Source: Camelus dromedarius
Taxonomy: Eukaryota
Assembly: GCF_036321535.1 (NCBI RefSeq)
Contig: NC_087447.1
Location: 43,650,001-43,714,000 of the forward strand
Direction of reading: 5' to 3'
DNA: 64,000 nucleotides
A program made the position numbers and the translations under genes. The stretch's first letter is position 1. Each line of letters begins with the position of its first letter. Below the pieces are notes generated by a model, which saw only the letters and a program-made list of their open reading frames with translations, did not search any database and was not told where the DNA came from. This document shows, in pieces, positions 1 through 11,400 of this stretch.

Positions 1-1295
1 AACCCGAGCAGGGCAGGGCGGGGAAGTGGGGTGTGCTTCCCTTCCACGGGGGTGCAGGTCTATGAATAATGTGCCGCATCAGGGAAACATTCTTCTCTCT
101 TCACTGGGATCTAGGCTGTACTATTTCTAGAACTAATCTGTGAGTTGTGCACATCTTCCTTGGAAATTACCTGCACATGGCACTGATGAACAGCAATCTC
201 AGGGGGAGGAAATTTCAGAGTTAAACCTTACTTTTTGTCATTTGGTTAGATGTGCAATGTTACAGTCGAATCCTAAGGAAGGCCCCTGGAAGCCTCATCT
301 TGGCTAAGTAACTCAGACTTCAGGAGCTATTCCGCTGGAGACAATCTATTGTAGGGATTGTATGATGGGAGCGGAGGATATGGAAAAGGGTTTCCCTAAG
401 ACACAGGAGTAAAGATTTGCCTGAGCAGGTCGGAAGGAAGACAGTCTTCTCAGAGCAGGAGATCTGAGAAAGGAGGGGTAAAGCTGGGGACCAGAGGGTG
501 TCCACCAGGGTGGTCTCTGGAAAAGTTTCAGTTTTTAAAAGCTTTTTCATCAGGGCATGATGAATGTTTGATCCCTTTACAACCCCCTCCAGGTAACACT
601 TTCAGGAAAGTTTGGCACAGTGCATTATGAGGGATAAGGGCAGATGCACCCCGCTCCACCAACATCCTTCTGCAGAGGTCTGTGTGGAAGGAGGAGGCTA
701 ACCCAGAGGCAGGTGAAGCCCTCTTTCCCAAATCTCCTGGGGGAAGGTGACCTTTCAATGGCGGACAGCTGACGCTAGGGTTAGATGTGCAGTAGCTTAG
801 AGAGTCCTCGTAAGAACTTAAACCAACACTTCTCTTGACACCACTTCCCCCCCATCCCACTTCACAAATGAGGAAACTGAGCTATAGAGAAAGTTTAGGG
901 CTCATCGCTAGGAAGTGGTTGAGCAGAGATTCCAACCCAGGTCTCTGATTCCAGAATCTGTGCTCCTAGTGGCTGTGGCAGAGCTTCTCAACCTAGCATG
1001 GCAAGGCCCTGCTGGGACTGGACTACAGACGCACAGAGCTGCTGAGGTCCTGGGGGAGGACAGGGTGCCCACTTCCCACCCCAGCACCTCTGGCTGTAGG
1101 GAGCCTCTTGCCTTTACCTGAGTGCACCTGTAAATAAGCACGAGCAAGCAAGGTCTACTCGTGACCAACGGGAAAGGCTGAGAAGCTCTGCCCCAGGGGC
1201 TCCTGCCTTCCATCTCTGCATCCAGCTCCAGTCCCCACTCTGCCCTGGCCAAGATTTTACACAGTTCTTTGTGGATGGACTCCAGGGAGCCTTAC

Positions 1296-1424
1296 CTTTT
1301 CTGACCCTTGGGGTCTCTGGGCCTGGAGAGTCTTGGCCCTGCAGTTGCCCGGAGCCCGCCCCGTCGAAACTCGGCCACCCCTGGAGCATCAGTGTTGAAA
1401 TTTCCTGATTGAGTTCTTCGGATT
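1296..1424 (-). CDS. PPFIBP2: PPFIBP2 coding exon (~exon 17), 129 nt, (K)IRRTQSGNFNTDAPGVAEFRRGGLRATAGPRLSRPRDPKGQK(S)
   Basis: acacag/AA...AAAG/gtaagg, phase 2-2, conserved FRRGGLRATAGPRL motif that precedes the SAM domains. Confidence 0.96.
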
Positions 1425-2081
1425 CTGTGTGGAGAGGAATCCACAGAGACCCTGAGAGGGTAGGCTGAAAGCATGTAGTCAGTGCATCCCTCCTCCAGGG
1501 GCACAGACGGCCCTCCTTCCCAGGGCCTCCCCGGAGGTCAAGGATCAGGACCTGGGACAGCTCCTCAACCAGCCACCCCACCTCCACTCTAATCCAGCCT
1601 CTGGGATTGGGCCACTCCCTGTGGGGGGTCAATGTGAAGGCTGCTACCCAGTAGGAGGCCCCTGTTGCTGCCTCAGTTTGCAGACTGTGTCAGATGAGCC
1701 AGCAAGTCCTCAGTTCTCAGTCTTTAAAAATTTCTTAAGACACAGACTGACTCCTGAGAAGGAAGAAATTGGACTCATCCATATGCTTCTCCAAAGCACA
1801 CGTGGTGTGAGCTGCAGAGAATGTACTCAGGGTGTGTGGGATGGATCAATGCCTAAAATGAGTGACATGTAAGGCGGCTGGCTGTATTTTATGGATCCCT
1901 TTCACAGTGCTCCTCCTCTGGGCCCTGAAAAAGAACCCAAAGTCTTCTCTCTACACATGACCACCCTGTGTTTACTGCTGTTCCAACATCTAATGGAACA
2001 GAGGGTTATGCAGACGCTCTGCCCAGCCAAGAAGAATATTCATTCGAAGCAATACAGTTACGATCATCACCACCAACTTAC

Positions 2082-2223
2082 TTCCCCCAGAATTTCTTGA
2101 TGCCTTTGGGGCTCCGTTTACCATCTGGTGTCAGGGGAGACTGGGGGCTGGAGTCAGTGCCCGATGACGTGGATGAGAGGTCGTTGGCCGTGGCGGTGTC
2201 ATCCCAACCACTTTCTGTGTCTC
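2082..2223 (-). CDS. PPFIBP2: PPFIBP2 coding exon (~exon 16), 142 nt, DTESGWDDTATANDLSSTSSGTDSSPQSPLTPDGKRSPKGIKKFWG(K)
   Basis: tctcag/GA...GGAA/gtaagt, phase 1-2. Confidence 0.96.
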
Positions 2224-2647
2224 CTGAGATTGAAAGAATGAAACGACATGTGAATGAGAGGAAGGAACATGACTTTTGCAAATCACCTCCCCAAGCCAGG
2301 GCCGTCCTTTCAGTGGGATTGGGGAAGAGTCTGCCCAGCTCTGCCTGCAGGGCAGGACTTGACACCGAGATCTCAGAAGACCAGGAGGTGGCTCAGGCAC
2401 ACTCCAGGTTTTCTGAGTCAGTGAGCTTAAGGTTTCAAATCTGGGTGAGCCACTGTCTTCAAATTCTGAATTTAGGGTCCCAGTACTTGCAGGATAAATC
2501 CAACAAGGAGCCTCCTCTCTCTTCCCTAGGGGAGACGCGGGAATGCAGGCAGGAGGGGGACCTGGCTGGACGTTCGGGAATGGGAGTGTGTCAGGGGAGG
2601 GAAACAAAGGCACCTCACTCTCCACCTCACCTGGAAGGGTACAGTAC

Positions 2648-2680
2648 CTAATGCGGGGGCACTGACACTCCGGCCACGAT
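2648..2680 (-). CDS. PPFIBP2: Probable alternative 33-nt PPFIBP2 micro-exon, (N)RGRSVSAPAL(G)
   Basis: ctggag/ATCGTGGCCGGAGTGTCAGTGCCCCCGCATTAG/gtactg. Phase 1-1, frame-preserving, and resembles the RSASAP motif of liprin-beta-1 (recalled). Confidence 0.72.
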   Translation of the reverse strand: MVAGVSVPPH

Positions 2681-3855
2681 CTCCAGCCAACCAAGAAGCA
2701 GAGAAGCCACAGGGAGAAGCAAGAGAGGCCAAAGTCCAGCCCAACAGAGTTATAGGGAAGCAAAGAAATAAACAAGAGTCATCGAGCAAGAGGGAGAAAC
2801 TCAAACAGAAAGAAAAACAATCCCATGAGGAAGGATGGGGGTGAATGGTGACCGAGCACAACCCACAGGGTCACTGCAGTGAGGGGCAGCCCCGTGTGAG
2901 GGGATCAAATGCTCCTGGTGTCACTTGCTGGCAGGTGAGGCATCCGGTCACAGAGCAGCGGGGCTGAACACGCCCAGCCATCCACAGCTCTAGTGCGGGG
3001 GCCAGGGCTCACTTAGATCAGACTAGAATGATCTGAAGCTGCAGCAAGTCCACAGTGTGAGTGTCACAAGAATGTTCTCATTCAAGGGCTTATGTGGCGT
3101 TCCTGCAGCCAATGGCAGAACTGGCCAAGGGCAGATGCCAACACACAGGCTGGCCTTGGGAAGAGCCAAGGATGAGGCGTCAGGGGTGGGGAGAGCTGTC
3201 AGGACCAGGATGTTCCCTTCTGGGCCGCACTGATATGCTGCTGCTCTTGGGGAAATACAGCCTATTGTGCATGAAAAGCAACAAAGACCTCTGTGGTTTC
3301 AGATCCTGAGCACCAAGAGGACACCTGTGGACTGACATCCTTGCCACTGGCCACTGATTCCATTTCTCTAAGGGAACGCTCTCCCTTGGAAGAGCGCACA
3401 ACAGCATCCTACTGATAATGGGGAGGCTGCAGAGAGGAAGGCGGAGACAGGGAAGAGAAGGGCAGGAGGACAGAGGAGGAAGGGTGAGGTCCACGGAGGT
3501 GGAGTCAGGTGTCTAAGAGGGAGGGAAAGAGGACTGACGGGACAGTCAGGAAGGGGTCAAGAGAGGAGGAATAGAAGAGGGAAATGGGGGTGGGGTAATT
3601 GCAACTGGAAAGAAGGTGGGTACACACTGGTTTTCTGGGGGCTCTGTAGCGTTTCTGAAAGGAAACAGCGTGTCCAGACAGAGAGCCATCGTCTCTGCAT
3701 ATGGGACCACCCTGAGGTACGAGCGGTCCCATCCACCCATCCCCACTGTCCTCTAATTGTGGGCTGTGGTGGCAGGGAGCAGAGGACCTTGTATCACAAT
3801 GGAAGTGCCAAGGCCACGGCTCCAGAGGCCGCCAGCCTGGGGCCTGGACACTCAC

Positions 3856-3994
3856 TCAGCCTCAGGAGGCTGCTCCCTGCGGGGTCAGGCGAGGAGGCGG
3901 TGGGAGCAGCTTTGGCAGCCTCTCCGTTGGGCGTGGCTCCTGAAAGCTTCCCGGGTAACGTAGGGTATTTGTGATCTGCCAGGAAAGGGCCACC
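3856..3994 (-). CDS. PPFIBP2: PPFIBP2 coding exon (~exon 15), 139 nt, GGPFLADHKYPTLPGKLSGATPNGEAAKAAPTASSPDPAGSSLLRL
   Basis: caatag/GGT...CTGA/gtgagt, phase 0-1, contains the YPTLPGKL motif. Confidence 0.94.
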
Positions 3995-5254
3995 CTATTG
4001 GAAAGAGAGAGAGAGATGTTGAATCAGCCATCAGTCTCAGCCTCAAACACAATCAGGAAATCTTTGGATGCAGGAACCACTCCCTGTTCTCCAAGAGCCA
4101 TTTGTCACTTAGGCTGACTCCAAGACCCCTCAAAGATCATTTAGTCCAAGACAGGAAATGGGACCAGCGTGCCAAGAAAGAAAGAAACTGGCCCAGAGCC
4201 ACACACACAGTGAGATGAGAGACAGAGTCAAACCCAAATCCAGGGCTGACTTCAACTGAGTCCAAGCAGGAAGGGGAGCTTTTGCTATTTGGCTTCGTGC
4301 TCAGAGGCTCAAGCAATTAACAGCCATGAATTACTCTGACCACGATTCCAATAAAAGCTACACCTACTGCTTTACATATATAAGAAGCTACACCTAGTCT
4401 ATGTACCTATGTGATACACATGATAAATACATAGATGGATATATTTATGGACTATAAATATAATGGAATCCTAATTACATTGATGCATTATGGTAATAGT
4501 TATTTTGAAAAATATCAGGTTAAAGCGAAGCAAGACAGTAAGCACACAGGCAGGGGAGGTGTCAACAGACAACGGGCCAGAGGGCCACACGCCTACACGG
4601 AGTTCCCTCGGATCCAAGTCCGGATGAGGTTCAGCCCCAGTGCCATGGGCCCTGTGTTCGGACCTGGCCATAGAAAGGGTCCTCAAGAAACAAGCTGATT
4701 TAAAGGGGAAGAAGAATTGTACTTATTTATTAGGAAGGATATAATGGGCCCTAAATCCACAAACCTGAGGGGGAAACAGTGGAATGCATTTCAGTGAAAA
4801 TAAAAATGAAATGAAAGCAACATTACCAAGGGAATCAACTGTGAATCAGTTGGTTGGACCCAGAAGAAAAGTAGAAAAGAAGAAAGATAAAGTGGATTTC
4901 AAAACTGGCAAGGCAGGAAAGTAATGGGAGACTTCAGGGACTGAGACATTTTTTGAAGTTTCGTTTAGTTAAAAGCCACATGCCCAATACATTTCAGAAT
5001 TCAGTCTGCTTATCAAGACATGTCCTAGAAATGGTTTGAAATCGAATTTGGTTACTGAACACTGAGTACTAATCCTCCATAAATCAGCTCAGGAAGGAGA
5101 GAGATGCGAATAGCAGGCTAAATTTTCAAAGGATTCAGAAAGAACTGGTTGATGAATCACTGGAACCTTCAGAGATGGACAGTACACGATTTTTAAGTTC
5201 AAGGTGACCCATGAAGTACAGATTGGACCTGATCAGACACGCAGTCATGACTAA

Positions 5255-5436
5255 CAGTTTCCAAACGCTCACTCATGTACGGGCTTCAACACCACCTGGG
5301 ACATCTGTAAACGTAAATCCCCAGGTCTCACCAGCTTGCATGAATCAGCCCGTCTGGGACAGCACCCCGGGAGTCTGTGTTTTTAACAAGCATCTCGGAC
5401 TGCTCCAATGCAGGGTCAGACCCAAGAACCACTGAC
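5255..5436. mobile_element. MER5A-like DNA transposon remnant
   Basis: caccacctggg...gaatcag...gtctgtgtttttaacaagc...aagaaccactg. Confidence 0.55.
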
Positions 5437-5464
5437 TCTGGGGAAGACAGCATTCAAAGCATGA

Positions 5465-6003
5465 CAGCAACCTAAATGTCCATCAAGTGATGACTGGATA
5501 AAGATGATGTGGTACCTATATACAATGGAATACTACTCAGCCTTTAAAAAGAATAAAATAATGCCATTTGCAGCAACATTGGTGAACCTGGAGATTATCA
5601 TTCTAAGTGAAGTAAGGCAGAAAGAGAAAGAAAAATACCATGTGATATCACTTATATGTAGAATCTAAAAAAAAAAAAAGGCATAAATGAACTTATTTAC
5701 AAAACAGAGACTCACAGACAGAAAACAAACTTATGATTACTGGGCAGGGGAGAAGAAGGTAGAAAGGAATAAATTGGGATTTCGAGATTTGCAGATACTA
5801 ACTACTACATATAAAATAGATAAACAGCAACTTTATTCCGTATAGCATAGGGAACCATATTCAGTATCTTGTAGTAACCTACAATGAAAAAGAATATGAA
5901 AAGGAATATATGTATGTGTATGTATGACCGAAGCATTGTGCTGTACAGCAGAAATTGATATAACATTGTAAACTGACTATACTCCAATAAAAAAGAAATA
6001 ATA
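5465..6003 (+). mobile_element. LINE-1 3' end (end of ORF2 plus 3' UTR), 5'-truncated
   Basis: aacctaaatgtccatca...atggaatactactcagcc...gccatttgcagcaaca...ttgtaaactgactatactccaataaaaaag. Confidence 0.9.
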
Positions 6004-6034
6004 AAGTATATGAGAGGATGTATATATGCAAACA

Positions 6035-6120
6035 CTGTGTCATTTTATATAAGGACTTAGCATCCACAGATTTTGGTATCTGCTGGGTGCTGGGGGAGAT
6101 CCCTGCAAATGTTGAGGGAT
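6035..6120. mobile_element. MER2/Tigger-like end fragment
   Basis: cattttatataaggacttagcatccacagattttggtatc...gaggga. Confidence 0.55.
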
Positions 6121-7573
6121 AATTATATATACATAAAAAAAAAAAACAAAACTGAGAACGGAAGGACATGACTCCAAGTTCCATATCACAGAGGAGACAT
6201 GAGGGTGGGGAAGGGCTTGCAAAACAGATTTCCACTGGTGTCATCACACATGTCCCCCAAGACAGGGCAGAAGCAAACCCAGGCCTCGGATGAGGGCTGC
6301 CCTGGGAGCTCGCCGAGGAGCTGAGATGTAAAGAGGGCAGAATCCAACACAACGACGGGCATCAAGGGCGGCCCAGACCTGTGAGGAAGACAAGAGGAAC
6401 CGAGTGCAACAGAAAAGGCTCTCAGCTCTGGTTCAGCCAAGAAGCGAAGCTGGGAGGGAAGGACCCGCGGCGGGAGAAGGTGGTGCCCCGTCAGGACCTG
6501 ACACAGGAAACAGAAACACCGGCAGCCCGGCCTGCGTCTGCCGTCCCTGAGAAGGACACTCACGGCCACGGGGACGAGAGCCCGCAGGAGCCGCAGCCGT
6601 CCCGCGTGCGCGCACAGGCAGCCGTCCCGAGCGCAAAGAGCCCCGGCTCTGAATCGCACCGACTCAGGCAAAGCCCTTTCTCTTCAGCCCCTTGGAACCT
6701 CTGTTTTATTGTTTCTGAACAGACAACAGCGATCCTGGCTCAGGCCCGAGGACAGCACAGGAGGCACAGAAAGTACCACATGCCCAAGGCTGGAGCGATA
6801 GCAGGTGACCACCAGCTCAGGGCCGGGGTCGAGGAGGTGGGGGCAGACCCCACCTGGAGTATCACGCTCTAGGGAGGCCCAGGGCTTGGTGCAGAGGACA
6901 CACCGAGGACCCGGTGCTCATCCTAAGGAGACTGGGAACTTGAAAGGTTTGGGGGCCTGTGCACACGAGAAGGGGGAGGGCCAGAGGGACGTAAGTTCTA
7001 GAGCCGTCAGGAGCGGGGGAGACTGAGTTACTCCACGGGCTCCACAGGGAGAGTGGGGATCAGCGGGTGCACTTTCTAGGGAAGCCCAGGGGTGCACCTC
7101 ACAGAGCTGGGAAACAACGCAGGTGGTGTCGTACAGCGTCATGAGCTCTCAGTCACTGAAAGCAGGGCCAGACGCCGATGTCGGGGGATGCTGCAGAAAG
7201 ATCCCTGCACCCGCCGCTGAGTTTTCTAACCATGACTTATCAGCACTGAAAAGATAAGACATCACACTCCTCTATGTGTGCGCTGGGATTACATCATACC
7301 CCTTGCCAGCGATCAGATCTGCACTGTCTTGTTAAAGATGAATTTCTCAGAGCCTACAGGATGGAGGAGATAGTAAGAAATCCTATCTCACAGCTACTGG
7401 AGATGAAAGCATAGGGTTCAGCTGGGCGCACATGAAGACAGCGGGAGAGAGGTTTGGTCTTTCCTCCCGTCCTCCTCCCCCTTATAGCTGACATACTTTA
7501 AGGTTACCAAAGCTGTAACCTGCACAATGGAAAGACTCCGGCACACAGTGTGACCTCACAGAGACAAGAGGGA

Positions 7574-7585
7574 CATGCAGTTAAT
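7574..7585 (-). promoter_or_regulatory. RBFOX (UGCAUG) and QKI-like (AUUAAC) splicing motifs just downstream of the 42-nt exon
   Basis: Intron start reads gtacattaactgcatg on the gene strand. Confidence 0.55.
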
Positions 7586-7589
7586 GTAC

Positions 7590-7631
7590 CTTGGGTTCTA
7601 CCACGGGGGAGAGTTGGTTCCCATCGACACA
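7590..7631 (-). CDS. PPFIBP2: PPFIBP2 coding exon (~exon 14), 42 nt, CVDGNQLSPVVEPK
   Basis: ccgtag/TGT...AAG/gtacat, phase 0-0, symmetric. Confidence 0.88.
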
Positions 7632-8133
7632 CTACGGGATGGCAGGGAGGATTTCAGTTATGTGGAGAAAAAGAGACCTGTGTTAGTCACGACAACAACT
7701 CAGGACCACCTGCCTGCTTCAACCTGCAAGGCTCACCCCTCCCTACCCATCTTATTGTCATGTCATCACCCTCCATGGAGGAAACACAGGTCACTGTCCA
7801 ACCCCAGGGGCACACATCCTTAGCAGCTGCAGCAGTATGGCTCTGGGGCACACGACCATGGGATCAAAGACGCCACCGGCTCCAGCCTCTCTGGTTTTCC
7901 ACTGTGTCACCAGGGAGGCTGGCGCACTGCCGGACACCATGGGATCTATGCAGCAAGGTCAGTGAGGGTGCTGTGTCAGGACAGGACCCCAGAGTCCCCA
8001 GAGACCTCACCACTCAAGAGCCTGCCACCCTCCCCTCCAGCAGCACAGGGGTCACCCACCTGAGCAAGGACTACCTTCACACAAGAGGCCACAAGGCCCT
8101 TCCCATGTCCTCATGTCTTTCTAGACTCTTTCC

Positions 8134-8220
8134 TTTTTTTTAATAGAGGCACTGGGGATTGAACCCAGGACCTTGTACATGCTAAGCACGCACTCTACTA
8201 CTGAGCTATTACCCACCCCC
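8134..8220 (-). mobile_element. Camelid tRNA-derived SINE (Vic-1-like)
   Basis: A box TAGCTCAGTAG and B box GGTTCAATCCC on the minus strand, with a poly-A tail. Flanking direct repeat tctaga(c/t)tcttt at 8120-8131 and 8233-8244. Confidence 0.85.
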
Positions 8221-8668
8221 ACCACCCAGGCCTCTAGATTCTTTAAAAAGTTTCCTCTCCGATCTACTTTATCTTATAACCCATCCCAGGGTCATCACCT
8301 TTATCCACATTACATCCTCATTCAAAATCTCTGCACACTCCCTGAAGAAACAGGGCCAGGATTCAAGATCTTCTCCGGCTCCATCCGACTCATGGCTCTG
8401 ACCTTACCTCCTCCTGCTCCCCACCGTTTCCCAAAACCCACCTGTGCCCATCTCAACATCTTCCCTCATCAACTCTAGGCAGTGCGTCCTGACTCACCCT
8501 GCCTCTCACCTGACTGGTTTTCTCAAGATGTTCACGTAATTCTAAGCCTCCCAGCAACTTGATAAAAGCCTCCATGAGCTGGGACCAGCTCCTGCCTGTG
8601 TAGCCCAGCACGGTGCCGGGTGCAAAGAAGGAACTCAGTAAACATTACGGATAGACTGATGGGCTGAC

Positions 8669-8726
8669 CTTATCCACAGATCCACTTCTCAAGTCTTCCA
8701 GACTACAGGAGAGTTTTTTCTGAGCC
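8669..8726 (-). CDS. PPFIBP2: PPFIBP2 coding exon (~exon 13), 58 nt, (R)AQKKLSCSLEDLRSGSVDK
   Basis: ttccag/GG...AAG/gtcagc, phase 2-0. Confidence 0.94.
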
Positions 8727-10279
8727 CTGGAATAATACAAAAGAACGTCAATGAGGAAACAGTTACTGGAAAAGAGGCACCTGGTACCATTCATGCAGAG
8801 GATGTTTCAAACGTTTAACTGATAGTCTGTCCTGGGCTTAGGGTCAAGGTCAGGGGAAAAAAAGACCCTCTCATCATAACCATTACACGTAAGATGAGAC
8901 TGGCCCACCTTGGGGATGGCCTGGTCTGGCAACATGCTAATGAGGGTACAAGAGCATCACTTAAATCCAAATCAGAAGTCCTTGGTGTTCCTTGAAAAGC
9001 TAGAATACACTCAGTTCTCCTACATCAATGCAAACTAGCTATGGTATGGTCAGAAGACAGCCAGTGTCTGTGAGGACAATACTGCCTTGTCTGTGAGTCT
9101 GCGAGTAATCCATGGAGGGAGGTGGTGTCACTTTGGAGTGGGGACAAGCACCCCCTGCTGGGGCCCTCCAACCCTCTGCTCTGTACGCCCTGACCAGTCT
9201 GCTCAAAGGAATCTGCTTTCTCAGGGGCTATTTTGCAGAGAAGGGCACCAATTAGTTAGAGAAGAGGCAATACCACCAGTGGTCCTAAGGGTTACTCTGT
9301 GACAAGTCTCCCTGGCAGTGACATTTCTCAATTCATATGGATAAATCATCATCTGTGAGTACATTAGTCTCTTGTGAGTCTGGTCAGTGTGAGTCACTTG
9401 GTGTTGACCTCCTCCTGAGTGAACTCATAAACCAGCTTTCTTATTCTGCCAAATCAAGGGCTGGCCAATTGCCCTCCTCGACACTGCTGTTTTTCTCTGG
9501 GGCTGAAGGCTCAGGGAACAATGGCTTCTGGAAAATGGGGTTCTGAGAGCATAAGTTCCAGAACTCTGGAGATTCAGCACCTTCCGGGGCACTTCCATCC
9601 TGCTCGTGGCCATCTTCCCCAGACATCCTGGCCGAAAGACAGCCTGCTCTTGGCGGTGAAGCTCCAGATCCCCATTACTTGGAAGTATGTTCTAAAGAGC
9701 TGACGCACGGAACTAGAAATAGGTTCATATTCGACGGAACCAGTCAGATGGCCGCTGACCCCGCAGGCCAGCCCACTGCAAGCTCACTGCTATGTGAAGC
9801 TTCCTCAAAGCAGCTGGACCGATTTCCCTGTGTGGAGAAATGGCCCTACTGGGAGAACGTGGATTGTCACAGGGCTAGACTCCCTCTAGAAGGGCTGACA
9901 GAAAAGACAGGCACACATCACAGGATGCTCTCAGCTCCGTGGGGACACTGGAGGACACAGATGAGGTGCGGCCACCTCTTCTCTGAGGCCCCAACCCCTG
10001 GCCAGGGCTTTTCTCAGAGACAATGACCTAGACCCTCAGCCTGCAGGAAGGGAAGCCCCTCTGGGGCCCGGGCAGGTAGGCATGGCTCATGACTGCTCCA
10101 CCACGTTGGCCCCACCGTGGCCACTGCTGGGGCCTGCAGTGCTGCCCGGACAGTGGCAGGCCAGGTGTGGCCAGGACACGGCGGCTGTGCTCCCCGTGCA
10201 CGGCCAGCCACTGCCATGTCAGGAGCCCTGAGCGGGTCTGAGGGCAAAGCGGTTCCACAGAAATGCTTGGGTCCCCTAC

Positions 10280-10347
10280 CTGGTTTCAAGTGATTTCTGT
10301 GGTAGTGGAGGTGGCCCCATGGCTGGAGAGCTACATCTTGGAGACAT
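10280..10347 (-). CDS. PPFIBP2: PPFIBP2 coding exon (~exon 12), 68 nt, MSPRCSSPAMGPPPLPQKSLET(R)
   Basis: atgcag/ATG...CCAG/gtaggg, phase 0-2. Confidence 0.93.
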
Positions 10348-10559
10348 CTGCATGGGGAACAGGAGAGTCACTGAGGAGCACGGTTACTGTTCAGAGACCA
10401 CCCACCATCCTTTCCCCCTCTTGGGACGAGTCCTCTTGGGGAGGTACATTTCCACCCCCAGGGTGCAGCCCTGGTAGCTCTGTCAATTTTGGTGCCTGGT
10501 GTTTTTAAGATGCCAAAGACGAAGATACATTGAACAACCTGGGCCAACCTGCCTCGCCT

Positions 10560-10778
10560 TCCAAGGCTTAGGTTCACCTCCTAGTATTAGAGTCCTGCCA
10601 AGTCAGTCCTGAGACCTGAATCCCTGGGGCTTTTGCCACCCCTGCCCTTTCTGAGCTGGCTCCTTCAGCTTTTCCTTTCAGTGAGCCACCATGTACCCTT
10701 TCAAAAAATCCCTTTTTGGTGTAAGTTAGCTGGAATTGATTTCTGTTGCTTACAGTGAGCAACGCTGCAATTCATACA
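10560..10778 (+). mobile_element. MaLR LTR remnant (MLT1-like)
   Basis: ttcagtgagcca...taagttagctggaattgatttctgttgcttaca...aattcataca. Confidence 0.5.
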
Positions 10779-11189
10779 GTTGTTCAACAAACATGAGCAA
10801 CACATACTGGCTGCCAGGCCCTGTGCTGGGTGTGGGGCAAGCACTCCCCACATAAGGAAGGTAGATGAGTTAATTAAAGTAAAAGATCAATGCAATATTG
10901 TCCTTCTGGGACCAATACCTATAACATAACATGGGGATGGGGGGAGGGGATCCTTCTTGTTGGTGGACAGGTTAGGAAGGCTTCAGAGGGGAGAACACTT
11001 AAGCTGAATCTTAAGAAATGAGAATGAGCTAGCTGAGCGAGCAAGTAAGAGGCAAGAGTTTCACAGGTGGAACGAGTTAATGGTGGTGGATAAGGACGCG
11101 GTCTGATGTCTTCACTGACTACAAGGACTGCCTCTCTTCTCTAGAGCCCAGGATCTTTTTGGTTTATTATAGCCCGAAACCTGGCATTA

Positions 11190-11400
11190 TAGTATGTATG
11201 GTTGTTAAAAACTTGGGCTCTTGAGTTCAAATCCAAGTTCCTCCATCTACTTGCTGTGTGACATAGAGCAGATTACTTACCCTCTCTGAGCCTCAGCTTC
11301 ATCACAATAAAAGAAGAATCCCAATGGGGTGTCATGAGGAGTAAATGAGGTGAGTCACGTACAGTGCTCATCACAAAGACCACCCAGAGGTACTGAGCAT
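11190..11400 (+). mobile_element. MIR SINE
   Basis: Core gagttcaaatcc...tacttgctgtgtgac...ttacttacctctctgagcctcagcttc. Confidence 0.7.

Noticed and set aside
1968..2651. 227-aa plus-strand ORF
   Set aside because: Antisense shadow of PPFIBP2 exons with a non-ATG start and no recognisable domain.
6186..6872. Overlapping 161-aa and 163-aa ORFs
   Set aside because: Explained by high GC content depleting stop codons; no homology recognised.
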